Shown in pieces: positions 28,378-38,242 of a stretch of DNA of 64,000 nucleotides. The position numbers and the translations under genes were made by a program. The notes under the pieces are model-generated. The model was given only the letters and a program-made list of their open reading frames with translations. It ran no database searches and had not been told where the DNA came from. This DNA comes from an uncultured Bacteroidales bacterium (GTDB lineage: Bacteria > Bacteroidota > Bacteroidia > Bacteroidales > Bacteroidaceae): positions 12,478 through 76,477 of the forward strand of contig CACYHW010000004.1 of assembly GCA_902774335.1 (NCBI GenBank). Reading direction: 5' to 3'. Every line of letters begins with the position of its first letter. Within the stretch, counting starts at the first letter, position 1.

Positions 28378-29664
28378 ATGCTCTATAGTCTGTTTGAATA
28401 CTTGAAAAATGCCGGAATAGATATTCCGGGAGCCGGAATGTTCAGTTACGTAACCTTCCGTGCCATATCGGCGCTGGTACTGTCGCTGGTGGTATCATGC
28501 TGGTTCGGCAGTCACTTTATCGATATCCTTAAGCGCAGGAACATATCCGAGACGCAGCGTGACGTCAAGCTGGATCCGTTCGGCGTAGCCAAGAAGGGCG
28601 TACCCACCATGGGAGGTGTGATAATTATCATCGCCATCCTGGTGCCCTGCCTCCTGCTGGGTGACCTTAAGAATGTCTATATGTGGCTTATGATAATAAC
28701 CACGGTCATTCTGGGTGCCATTGGTTTTGCCGATGACTACATCAAGACCTTCCGCAAGAACAAGGACGGCCTGAACGGCTGGATAAAGGTGGCCGGTCAG
28801 CTGGCTCTGGGTCTGATTGTGGGCCTGACCCTGCGTTACAGCCCTCAGGTGGTAATAAACGAAAAGGTCGAGACCCGTATTGAGAACAACACGGAGGTTG
28901 TGGTCAAGACTCCCGATGTCAAATCCACCCGTACCACCATACCTTTCTTCAAGAACCATAATCTGAACTATGCCGATGTGTTCGGCTGGCTGGGCGAGAA
29001 GGCCAAGTATCCCGCCGGCTGGGTGTTCTTTGTACTGCTGACACTCTTTGTCGTGACAGCGGTATCGAACGGTTCAAACCTGAATGACGGCATGGACGGC
29101 ATGGCTGCAGGTAATTCGGCCATAATAGGCGTGACGCTGGGTATTCTTGCATATGTGTCCAGTAACGTTGTCACTGCAAGCCACTTTGACCTTATGTATA
29201 TACCGGGCAGCCAGGAGGTGGTGGTCTACCTTTGCACCTTTGTGGGTGCGCTGGTGGGATTCCTCTGGTTCAACTCATACCCGGCACAGATATTCATGGG
29301 CGACACCGGCAGCCTTACCATAGGCGGAATCATTGCCGTGGCTGCTCTCTGCATACACAAGGAACTGCTGTTGCCCATTCTGTGCGGCGTGTTCCTGGTT
29401 GAGAGCCTGTCGGTGATATGCCAGCGTTTCTACTACAAGATAGGCAAGCGCAAGGGCGTACATCAGCGTATCTGGAAGCGCACACCTATACATGACCATT
29501 TCCGTACCAGCATGGAGCAGGTGCTCAAGGCCGATCCCGGAAGCACCGTGAAGTTCCGCGGAAATGACAACAAGTTACAGTTGGAGACAAAAATCACGCT
29601 CAGGACCTGGATTATAAGCATAGGTCTTGCAGCAATTACAATACTGACTCTGAAAATCAGATAA
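28378..29664 (+). CDS. mraY: Phospho-N-acetylmuramoyl-pentapeptide transferase
   Basis: 428 aa and polytopic. NLNDGMDGMAAG and MGDTGSL motifs. Confidence 0.95.
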   Translation: MLYSLFEYLKNAGIDIPGAGMFSYVTFRAISALVLSLVVSCWFGSHFIDILKRRNISETQRDVKLDPFGVAKKGVPTMGGVIIIIAILVPCLLLGDLKNVYMWLMIITTVILGAIGFADDYIKTFRKNKDGLNGWIKVAGQLALGLIVGLTLRYSPQVVINEKVETRIENNTEVVVKTPDVKSTRTTIPFFKNHNLNYADVFGWLGEKAKYPAGWVFFVLLTLFVVTAVSNGSNLNDGMDGMAAGNSAIIGVTLGILAYVSSNVVTASHFDLMYIPGSQEVVVYLCTFVGALVGFLWFNSYPAQIFMGDTGSLTIGGIIAVAALCIHKELLLPILCGVFLVESLSVICQRFYYKIGKRKGVHQRIWKRTPIHDHFRTSMEQVLKADPGSTVKFRGNDNKLQLETKITLRTWIISIGLAAITILTLKIR

Positions 29665-29669
29665 ATACA

Positions 29670-31004
29670 ATGGCAAAGAAAATTGTAGTGTTGGGAGCAG
29701 GTGAGAGCGGCACAGGTGCCGCCATTCTGGCCAAAGCCAAGGGTTTTGACGTGTTTGTATCGGACCTCTCGGAAATCAAGGAGTACTATCGCAGCGAGCT
29801 TGACAAGCGCGGCATCGAATGGGAGCAGAAACAGCATACCCAGGAACGTATTCTGGCAGCCGATGAGGTGATCAAGAGCCCGGGCATTCCCAAGGAGGCA
29901 CCCATTATCCAGAAACTTATGGCTCAGGGTACCCCCATCATTTCCGAGATTGAGTTTGCAGGACGTTACACCAACGCCAAGATGATTTGCATTACCGGTT
30001 CAAACGGTAAGACCACAACCACATCGCTCATATACCATATATTCAAGATGGCAGGCATGAACGTGGGACTGGCCGGTAACATCGGAAGCAGCCTGGCATG
30101 GCAGGTGGCCGAGAAGAACTTTGACTACTATGTGATCGAGCTGAGCAGCTTCCAGCTGGACAACATGTATGACTTCAAGGCCGATATCGCCATCCTTATG
30201 AACATAACCCCGGATCATCTGGACCGTTATGACTATGAGATGCAGAACTACGTGGATGCCAAGATGCGCGTAATCCGCAACCAGACCAAGGACGACGCAT
30301 TCGTATACTGGAGTGACGATCCCATCATAACCCGAGAACTCAAGAAGTACGGTCTGCAGGCTACCCTCTATCCCTTTGCCGAGGCCAAGAAGGAGGATCT
30401 GGCAGCATACGTGGAGGATGGAACACTCTACTTTGAGAGACCCTACGCCTTCAATATGGAGCAGGAGTCGCTGGCACTCACCGGCAAGCATAACCTCTAC
30501 AACTCGATGGCTGCGGGTATATCGGCCAACATTGCCGGTATCAAGAGCGAGACCATACGCAAGGCCCTTCAGACATTCCAGGGTGTGGAGCACCGTCTGG
30601 AGCGTGTGACCAGGGTTAACGGTATTGATTTTATAAACGACTCCAAGGCTACCAACGTGAACAGCTGCTGGTATGCCCTGCAGAGCATGCCCGTCAAGTG
30701 CGTACTGATACTGGGAGGCAAGGACAAGGGCAATGACTACAACGAGATAGCCGACCTGGTACGTGAAAAGTGCTGCGGTCTGGTTTATATGGGTCTGCAC
30801 AACGAGAAACTGCACGGTTTCTTTGACAGCTTCGGTCTGCCCGTGGCCGATGTGCAGTCCATGAAGGATGCCGTGGATGCCGCCTACAAGATGGCTCACA
30901 AGGGCGAGATTGTGCTGCTGAGTCCCTGCTGCGCAAGCTTTGACCTGTTCAAGAGCTACGAGGACCGCGGCGAGCAGTTCAAGGCATGTGTGAGAGCATT
31001 ATGA
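29670..31004 (+). CDS. murD: UDP-N-acetylmuramoylalanine--D-glutamate ligase
   Basis: N-terminal Rossmann VLGAGESGTGAA. P-loop ITGSNGKTTT. Confidence 0.92.
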   Translation: MAKKIVVLGAGESGTGAAILAKAKGFDVFVSDLSEIKEYYRSELDKRGIEWEQKQHTQERILAADEVIKSPGIPKEAPIIQKLMAQGTPIISEIEFAGRYTNAKMICITGSNGKTTTTSLIYHIFKMAGMNVGLAGNIGSSLAWQVAEKNFDYYVIELSSFQLDNMYDFKADIAILMNITPDHLDRYDYEMQNYVDAKMRVIRNQTKDDAFVYWSDDPIITRELKKYGLQATLYPFAEAKKEDLAAYVEDGTLYFERPYAFNMEQESLALTGKHNLYNSMAAGISANIAGIKSETIRKALQTFQGVEHRLERVTRVNGIDFINDSKATNVNSCWYALQSMPVKCVLILGGKDKGNDYNEIADLVREKCCGLVYMGLHNEKLHGFFDSFGLPVADVQSMKDAVDAAYKMAHKGEIVLLSPCCASFDLFKSYEDRGEQFKACVRAL

Positions 31005-31013
31005 TTTGAAGAT

Positions 31014-32300
31014 ATGGAGATACAAGAGAACAAGACCGAACGCGAGCCGTTGCTCAAGGGAGACCGTACCATATGGGCTATGGTCATAATCCTGTGCTGC
31101 ATCTCACTTGTTGAGGTGTTCTCGGCAAGCAGCCGCCTCACCTTCGGAAAGAGCAGTTTCCTGAGACCCATCATGTCACACTCCGTGCATCTGGGTATGG
31201 GACTCCTGCTTATGTATGCGGTGCATCTGTTCCACTACAAATGGTACAGGATGCTGCCGGTACTGCTTGTTCCCGTATCCATAATACTGCTGGCATACCT
31301 GTCGGTACAGAGTGCCACATCGGTGGGGGCCGAGAGATGGATTGACCTTGGGTTCTTCCAGCTGCAGCCGTCCGAGGTGGCAAAGATAGCGGTCATAATG
31401 ACCGTGGCCTACTGGCTGTCCAAACTCAAACCCGATGACGAACTGAGCCAGATAAACACCTTCTGGCGGATAATGATACTCACGGGAGTGGTGTGCCTGC
31501 TCATATTCGGTGAGAACCTGTCAACCGCCATCCTGCTGGCCGGTGTGATATTCGTGATGATGATACTGGGAGGCATAGCGTGGAAGCGTCTGCTGGTGCT
31601 CTCGGGCGTAGTGGCGGCAGCCGGAGTGATGATAGTGGTGATACTGCTGTTCGTCCCTGCACAGACCATCCGTAACTCCAAGATCATTCCTTCACGTGCC
31701 ACAACATGGCAGGCCCGTCTGCAGGATTTCTTCCAGCCGGGCAGCGAGGGAACCCCGTCGGCCTACGAATATGCCAAACTGGTGGCTCCCGAGAAGCCTC
31801 AGGAGACCCACGCCAACATAGCCATTGCCACCAGCAACGTGCTGGGCAAGGGTCCGGGCAACTCCGATGAGCGTGACTATCTGCAGGAGGCCAGCTGCGA
31901 CTTTATCTATGCCATCATAATCGAGGAACTGGGTATGGTGGGCGGTATAGTGGTGATGCTGGTCTATATGATACTTCTGTTCAGGGTGGGGCGCATAGTG
32001 TCCAGATGCAAGGAGAAGTATCCCGCATACCTGGCCATGGGACTGGGCATGCTGCTTGGACTTCAGGCATTCATAAACATGTCGGTGGCCGTGGGACTGT
32101 TCCCTGTTACGGGCCAGCCGCTGCCGCTTATAAGCAAGGGAGGAACATCGGTCCTGATGACCAGTTTCTGCATAGGCATGCTGCTTGGAATAAGCAACAC
32201 CCTGGACAAGGAGGCCATGGGCGAGCAGGCGCTGGGTACCGATAACGATATTCCTGCACCGATTGACGGAGACGAATCTTTTGACGAAACAAACATATAA
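31014..32300 (+). CDS. ftsW: SEDS-family peptidoglycan glycosyltransferase FtsW
   Basis: 428 aa and polytopic. SEDS motifs (FQLQPSEVAKI, PLPLISKGGTS). Position in the dcw cluster. Confidence 0.9.
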   Translation: MEIQENKTEREPLLKGDRTIWAMVIILCCISLVEVFSASSRLTFGKSSFLRPIMSHSVHLGMGLLLMYAVHLFHYKWYRMLPVLLVPVSIILLAYLSVQSATSVGAERWIDLGFFQLQPSEVAKIAVIMTVAYWLSKLKPDDELSQINTFWRIMILTGVVCLLIFGENLSTAILLAGVIFVMMILGGIAWKRLLVLSGVVAAAGVMIVVILLFVPAQTIRNSKIIPSRATTWQARLQDFFQPGSEGTPSAYEYAKLVAPEKPQETHANIAIATSNVLGKGPGNSDERDYLQEASCDFIYAIIIEELGMVGGIVVMLVYMILLFRVGRIVSRCKEKYPAYLAMGLGMLLGLQAFINMSVAVGLFPVTGQPLPLISKGGTSVLMTSFCIGMLLGISNTLDKEAMGEQALGTDNDIPAPIDGDESFDETNI

Positions 32301-32303
32301 TAT

Positions 32304-34814
32304 ATGGAGGCAAAACCCAGAATAATAATAAGTGGAGGAGGCACGGGAGGTCATATATTCCCTGCCATTTCAATAGCTCACGCCATCAAGGCGCTCAAAC
32401 CCGATGCTGAGATCCTGTTTGTGGGAGCCGAGGGACGCATGGAGATGCAACGCGTTCCCGCTGCCGGCTTTGAGATTAAAGGATTGCCCATATGCGGATT
32501 TGACCGCAAGAATCCTTTCAAGAACATTGCCGTGCTGTTCAAGATTATGCGCAGCCAGATGATGGCCCGCAAAATCATCAAGCAGTTCCGTCCCATGGTT
32601 GCCGTAGGAGTGGGCGGTTATGCCAGCGGTCCCACACTGCGCATTGCCGGTAAGATGGGTATTCCCACGCTGCTTCAGGAGCAGAACTCCTATGCAGGTG
32701 TGACCAACAAGATACTGGCCAAGAAGGCCGGCAAGATATGCGTGGCATATGACGGCATGGAGCGTTTCTTCCCTGCCGACAAGATAATCAAGACCGGTAA
32801 CCCCGTGCGTCCCAGCCTGACAAGCAGCCGTATATCCCGCAAGGATGCCGCTGCCAGGATGGGTTTGGATGCCTCCAAGAGGATTGTGCTCATAATAGGC
32901 GGAAGCCTGGGCGCCCGTACCCTGAACGAGAGCGTCATGAGCAATCTGGAACTTATCCGCATGTCGTCCGACGTACAGTTCGTATGGCAGACCGGCAAGT
33001 TCTACTTTGAGGAGATGAAGCGCCGTCTGGCCGATGAGCAGCCGGTGGAGAACCTCTTCCCGGTTGAGTTCGTACAGGATATGGATCAGGCTTATGCCGC
33101 CGCCGACCTTGTGATTTCACGTGCCGGCGCAGGTTCCATATCGGAGCTCTGCCTGCTGGGCAAGCCGGTAATACTGGTTCCGTCGCCCAACGTGGCCGAG
33201 GACCATCAGACCAAGAACGCCCTGGCCCTCTCGGACAAGGATGCCGCCATACATATCCGTGACGTGGATGCACGCAAGGAACTAATTCCGGCTGCAGTGG
33301 ACCTGGTCAAGGATAAGGCACGTCTGGAGAGCCTGAGCGAAAACATACTGAAACTGGCATATCATGATTCGGCCGAGATAATCGCACACGAGGTGCTCAA
33401 ACTGGCCGGCATGGGCTGCGGAACACTGTCGCTCAAGGATATCAAGTCGGTATACTTTGTAGGTGCCGGCGGCATAGGCATGAGCGCGCTGGTACGCTAT
33501 TTCCTGGCCCGCGGATGTCAGGTGGGCGGATATGACAAGACATCGACCGACCTTACATCGGCCCTTATTAAAGAGGGTGCCAAGATTGGTTTCGAGGACG
33601 GAATAGAGAATGTGGACGACTGCTTCAAGGATCCGGAATCCACGTTGGTGGTATATACTCCGGCCATTCCAGCCGACAACCGCATACTGCGATGGTTCAA
33701 CATACACTGCTTTGACGTGCAGAAACGTGCCCAGGTGCTGGGTACCCTGACCCGTTCGCTGGATGGCCTGTGCGTGGCAGGTACACACGGCAAGACCACC
33801 ACATCGTCCATGGTTGCACATATCCTGGACGGTACCGACGAGGGCTGCAACGCATTCCTGGGCGGAATTCTCAAGAACATTGGCAGCAACCTGATGATAA
33901 GCAACAAGAGCCGTCGCGTGGTGATTGAGGCCGATGAGTTTGACCGCTCGTTCCATCATCTTACTCCGCTGCGTACGGTCATTACGGCTGTGGATGCCGA
34001 TCATCTGGATATTTACGGCACATACGAGGCTTATGTGGAGAGTTTCCGCAAGTATACATCGCTCATCAAGCCGGGTGGTGACGTGATACTGCATGTGGGA
34101 CTGGCCGAGAAGATCCAGCCCCAGCTGCAGGAGGGTGTGAACCTGTACACCTACGGTCTGGACGAGGGTACCTTCCATGCCGCTAACATAAGGATTGGTA
34201 ACGGTGAACTCCGTTTTGACTATGTGTCGCCGCTGGGCAGCATAGCCGATGTGGAGTTGGGCGTACCAATTCCCATCAACGTGGAGAATGCCGTGGCAGC
34301 TATGGCTATGGCACAGCTGAGCGGTGCTTCGGACGATGTGATTCGTGAGCGTATAGGCTCATTCCGCGGATGCGACCGCCGTTTTGACTTCCATCTCAAG
34401 ACACCCCGGAAGGTCTATCTGAGTGACTATGCACACCATCCTGCCGAGATAAAGCAGTGTGCCCTGTCGCTGCGCAAACTCTATGCCGACCGCAAGATTA
34501 CATGCATATTCCAGCCTCATCTCTATACCCGCACCAGGGATTTCTACAATGAGTTTGCCGACAGCCTGTCAATCTTTGACCAGGTATGGCTTCTGGAGAT
34601 ATATCCCGCCCGTGAGCAACCCATTCCGGGTGTGACAAGCAACCTGCTTGCCGACAATATGAAACCGGGTGTATGCAAGGGCATCATATCCAGGAACCAG
34701 GTTCCGGAGCTGGTGGAGTCCATCAAGGACGATGTCGAGGTGCTGGTTACCTTAGGTGCAGGTGATCTGGAGGATTATGTTGATACAATAACCAAGATAC
34801 TCAAGGGCAAGTGA
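32304..34814 (+). CDS. murG-murC: Fused MurG (lipid II glycosyltransferase, residues 1-369) and MurC (UDP-N-acetylmuramate--L-alanine ligase, residues 370-836)
   Basis: Single 836-codon ORF. MurG motif GGGTGGHIFPA at the N-terminus. From the internal ATG at 33411, the MurC motifs VYFVGAGGIGMSALVRYF and GTHGKTTTSS. No stop between the domains. Confidence 0.85.
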   Translation: MEAKPRIIISGGGTGGHIFPAISIAHAIKALKPDAEILFVGAEGRMEMQRVPAAGFEIKGLPICGFDRKNPFKNIAVLFKIMRSQMMARKIIKQFRPMVAVGVGGYASGPTLRIAGKMGIPTLLQEQNSYAGVTNKILAKKAGKICVAYDGMERFFPADKIIKTGNPVRPSLTSSRISRKDAAARMGLDASKRIVLIIGGSLGARTLNESVMSNLELIRMSSDVQFVWQTGKFYFEEMKRRLADEQPVENLFPVEFVQDMDQAYAAADLVISRAGAGSISELCLLGKPVILVPSPNVAEDHQTKNALALSDKDAAIHIRDVDARKELIPAAVDLVKDKARLESLSENILKLAYHDSAEIIAHEVLKLAGMGCGTLSLKDIKSVYFVGAGGIGMSALVRYFLARGCQVGGYDKTSTDLTSALIKEGAKIGFEDGIENVDDCFKDPESTLVVYTPAIPADNRILRWFNIHCFDVQKRAQVLGTLTRSLDGLCVAGTHGKTTTSSMVAHILDGTDEGCNAFLGGILKNIGSNLMISNKSRRVVIEADEFDRSFHHLTPLRTVITAVDADHLDIYGTYEAYVESFRKYTSLIKPGGDVILHVGLAEKIQPQLQEGVNLYTYGLDEGTFHAANIRIGNGELRFDYVSPLGSIADVELGVPIPINVENAVAAMAMAQLSGASDDVIRERIGSFRGCDRRFDFHLKTPRKVYLSDYAHHPAEIKQCALSLRKLYADRKITCIFQPHLYTRTRDFYNEFADSLSIFDQVWLLEIYPAREQPIPGVTSNLLADNMKPGVCKGIISRNQVPELVESIKDDVEVLVTLGAGDLEDYVDTITKILKGK

Positions 34815-35548
34815 TAAAGAAGATCCTCTCCATATTGGCAGTTCTGATGTTTGCCGGTTACCTGGTCTACTCGGCCATGGCCCTGACCGACAGGCACGAG
34901 GAGGACCGTGTGTGTCATGGCATAGACCTGCACATATCGGACAGCCTGGATTATGGACTGATAAACGAGGATATGGTGACGGTTCTGCTTCAGGAACGCG
35001 GGCTCGATCCCGTGGGACTGTCGCTTGACAGGATAGATATCGAGGCTATCGAATCGGCCCTGGCACGCCATCCGCTAGTAGGCGGGGTGCAGTGCTACAA
35101 GACCGGTGGCGACAAGGTCAGGATAAACATATCGGGCAAGGTCCCGTTGGTACGCGTGCTTAACAACCGCGGTCAGGATTTCTATGTGGACAGCCATGGC
35201 GAGATTCTGTCGCAGCACTCGCTTGCCGTCCAACTGCCGGTGGCCACAGGCTATATTGACAGGCAGTTTGCATCGGGCCAGCTGCTGGCAGTGGTGAACG
35301 CCATAGACAAGTCCGATTTCTGGAAGGCTCAAGTGGAGCAGATTGACGTGACGCGTGAGGGCGAGATAAGGCTGGTGCCCCGAGTGGGTGACCACCTGCT
35401 CATATTGGGTACGGCACAGAATGTGGAGAGTAAACTGGAGCGCCTGGAGAACTTCTACCGCAAGGGGCTGGACAACGTGGGCTGGAACAAATACCGTTCC
35501 ATAAGCGTGGCGTATGAAAACCAGGTAGTATGCAAGAAACGAAAATAA
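34811..35548 (+). CDS. ftsQ: Cell division protein FtsQ
   Basis: 245 aa. N-terminal TM followed by POTRA-like and FtsQ-type domains. GTGA overlap with murG-murC (GTG start). Confidence 0.75.
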   Translation: MIKKILSILAVLMFAGYLVYSAMALTDRHEEDRVCHGIDLHISDSLDYGLINEDMVTVLLQERGLDPVGLSLDRIDIEAIESALARHPLVGGVQCYKTGGDKVRINISGKVPLVRVLNNRGQDFYVDSHGEILSQHSLAVQLPVATGYIDRQFASGQLLAVVNAIDKSDFWKAQVEQIDVTREGEIRLVPRVGDHLLILGTAQNVESKLERLENFYRKGLDNVGWNKYRSISVAYENQVVCKKRK

Positions 35549-35553
35549 GATAG

Positions 35554-37011
35554 ATGGAAAACGACAGAGTAATTGTTGCAATTGAACTTGGTTCATCCAA
35601 GATTTCGGGAGTAGCCGGCCAGATACTGCCGGGCGGTTCCCTCAAGGTGCTGGCTTACGCCCATGTGCCTTCGTCATCGTGCATCAGGCACGGTGCTGTC
35701 TATAACCTGGACAAGACAGCCAATGCCATCGCCGAGGTGGTGGGCCGTCTGGACAATATCCTGTCAACCCGCATAGAGAAGGTCTATGTAGGTTACAGCG
35801 CCAAGGGATTGCGTTCGGTTATAAGCAGGGTTGAGCATAAGTTCGACGAGGAGACCGTGGTAAGCCAGGATGTGATAGACGATATGTTCGAGCAGTGCAG
35901 CGTGATTGAGTATGACGGTTACGTGAACCTGTTCCAGGAGTCGCAGGAGTATGTGGTGGACAATAAGCGCGGCATGGAGACCGATCCCATGGGCGTGGCC
36001 TGCCGCTCACTGGAGGGTAACTACATGAACATCCTGCTCAAGAAACAGGTGGCCGATTACATAGCCCAGTGCTTCCGTATGGCTCAGGTTCAGATACTGG
36101 ACGGATATGTGGCTCCCATGGCCCAGGCCGATGCCGTTCTGACCGAAGATGACCGCCAGCAGGGATGTGCACTGGTGGATTACGGTGCCGACACCACTAC
36201 CGTATCGGTCTACAAGAACGGACTGCTGCGTTACCTGCGTGTCATTCCGCTGGGCAGCGCCCTGATAACACGTGACCTTTCAGGCATACTCAAGATAGAG
36301 CCGGAGCAGGCCGAGCAGATCAAGTGTGCCTATGGTCTGTGCAACCTTATTGCCAGTCAGGATCAGGGCGAGACCATAATGCTTAACGACCGCAAGGTAT
36401 CCCTGAATGAGATAGGTGAGATAATAGAGGCCCGCAACGAGGAGATAATCCGCAACGTTGCAGCACAGATAAAGGCATCGGGCTACAGCGAGGTGCTCTA
36501 TGGAGGAATAGTCCTGACTGGCGGCGGATCACAACTGCGCCAGCTGGACCAGGTGTTCATGAAGATAATGGATACCAACCGCAAGCCCCGCGTGGTGGCC
36601 GAGCCCATATGCGGTGTTGTATGGAACGAGCAGAGCTGGAAGCGCGGTGACGGTTCGCAGCTGTCACTGCTGTCAGTGATGGCCAAGGGCGATGAGAACT
36701 GCTGTGAGCTGCCCAAGATGGATGCCATTGATACTCTGGCTCCCGAGAACCAGGACAAGATTGTTCAGGGAAGCCTGTTTACCGAAGACCTCCAGAGCGC
36801 TCAGGAGGAGCGTGACCGCAAGGAGCAGGAGGAGCGCCGCCTGGCTATGGAGGCTGCCGAAAAGGAGGAGCAGGAGAGAGAGAAGGCCGCCGAGGCTGCA
36901 GCCAAGGGCGGAAAGAAGAAAACCAGCTTCTTCAAGAGCGTATTGGACAATATCCTCAACTACAGCGAGGATTTCTTTGATGACAAGGATGACAGGAATG
37001 CCGCAAACTGA
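35554..37011 (+). CDS. ftsA: Cell division protein FtsA with an E/K-rich C-terminal extension
   Basis: Actin-like ATPase motifs (VAIELGSSKISGV, LVDYGADTTTVSV, VLTGGGSQL). Charged linker, then the amphipathic TSFFKSVLDNILNY. Confidence 0.9.
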   Translation: MENDRVIVAIELGSSKISGVAGQILPGGSLKVLAYAHVPSSSCIRHGAVYNLDKTANAIAEVVGRLDNILSTRIEKVYVGYSAKGLRSVISRVEHKFDEETVVSQDVIDDMFEQCSVIEYDGYVNLFQESQEYVVDNKRGMETDPMGVACRSLEGNYMNILLKKQVADYIAQCFRMAQVQILDGYVAPMAQADAVLTEDDRQQGCALVDYGADTTTVSVYKNGLLRYLRVIPLGSALITRDLSGILKIEPEQAEQIKCAYGLCNLIASQDQGETIMLNDRKVSLNEIGEIIEARNEEIIRNVAAQIKASGYSEVLYGGIVLTGGGSQLRQLDQVFMKIMDTNRKPRVVAEPICGVVWNEQSWKRGDGSQLSLLSVMAKGDENCCELPKMDAIDTLAPENQDKIVQGSLFTEDLQSAQEERDRKEQEERRLAMEAAEKEEQEREKAAEAAAKGGKKKTSFFKSVLDNILNYSEDFFDDKDDRNAAN

Positions 37012-37030
37012 ACTAAACCGTTGAACAACT

Positions 37031-38242
37031 ATGAACCAGGATATAAAAGATTTTGAGGAGAACGAGATACTTCCGTTTGACTTTCCTACCGAGGCCCGTA
37101 AGATAATCAAGGTTATCGGCGTGGGCGGTGGCGGCGGCAATGCCGTTAAGAATATGTACCGTGAAGGTATTCATGATGTGGTATTCGTAATTGCCAATAC
37201 CGACCAGCAGGCTCTGGCCGACTCGGACATACCCGTAAAACTGCAGCTGGGACGCCAGACCACCAACGGTCTGGGAGCCGGTAATGATCCCGCAGTGGCC
37301 CGCAAGGCTGCCGAGGAGAGCATCGAGGAGATAAAGGCCCAGTTCAAGGACGATACACAGATGGTGTTCATCACTGCCGGAATGGGTGGCGGTACCGGTA
37401 CCGGTGCAGCTCCTGTGATTGCGCAGTGCGCCAAGGAGTGCGGCATGCTTACCGTGGGTATCGTGACCATCCCCTTCAAGTTCGAGATGCGTCCCAAGAT
37501 CAAGCAGGCTCTCAAAGGCGTGCGCGAGATGTCACAGCATGTGGATGCTCTGCTTGTAATAAGCAACGAGAAACTGCTGGAGATCTATCCCGACCAGAGT
37601 GTGGCTACCGGTTTCAAGCATGTGGACGAGACCCTGACCACCGCCACCAAGAGCATAGCCGAGCTTATCACCTGCCGCGGTATAATCAACCTTGACTTCC
37701 GTGATGTAAAGAAGATCCTGAGCAACGGCGGCGTGGCCATAATGAGTACTGGCGTGGCAAGCGGTGAGAACCGTGTGAACCAGGCTTTCGACTCGGCTCT
37801 CAAATCACCTCTGCTCTACAACAACGATATCCATAAGGCCAAGAAGATACTGTTCAACATCTACCAGAGCACCAAGGCCGAGCATCAGCTCATGCTTGAC
37901 GAGATGAACGAGGTACGTCACTTTATGGACAAGTTCGAAGATAAGAACATCGAGGTTATCTGGGGTCTTGCCAACGACGACACCCTTAACGACGAGGTCA
38001 AGATTACGGTGCTTGCCACCGGATTCGGAATGGACAACCTGCCTCTGATGGACGATGAGGAGGTTGTGGATACCGTAATCGAGGGCCTGTACGGTGACCG
38101 TGTGGACAAGAAGCAGCTCTATCTGTATGAGATGTCGGATGCCGATCTGGACAACGACGCACTGATAGACGCAATCGAGGCTTCACCCTCTTACTCGCGT
38201 AACTCCATCGGCCTGGCCGAGATTAAGAATCTGCGTGCTTAA
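37031..38242 (+). CDS. ftsZ: Cell division GTPase FtsZ
   Basis: Tubulin signature GGGTGTGAAPVIA. VIGVGGGGGNAV. NLDFRDV. Confidence 0.96.
   Translation: MNQDIKDFEENEILPFDFPTEARKIIKVIGVGGGGGNAVKNMYREGIHDVVFVIANTDQQALADSDIPVKLQLGRQTTNGLGAGNDPAVARKAAEESIEEIKAQFKDDTQMVFITAGMGGGTGTGAAPVIAQCAKECGMLTVGIVTIPFKFEMRPKIKQALKGVREMSQHVDALLVISNEKLLEIYPDQSVATGFKHVDETLTTATKSIAELITCRGIINLDFRDVKKILSNGGVAIMSTGVASGENRVNQAFDSALKSPLLYNNDIHKAKKILFNIYQSTKAEHQLMLDEMNEVRHFMDKFEDKNIEVIWGLANDDTLNDEVKITVLATGFGMDNLPLMDDEEVVDTVIEGLYGDRVDKKQLYLYEMSDADLDNDALIDAIEASPSYSRNSIGLAEIKNLRA

Noticed and set aside
25457-34178. Other long antisense ORFs inside dcw genes (25457-26302, 27331-28344, 30000-30899, 31692-32354, 33282-34178, all minus strand)
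   Set aside because: Each lies wholly inside a confidently identified plus-strand gene (ftsI, murE, murD, ftsW, murC domain) and shows no recognisable domain. I treat them as frame artefacts.
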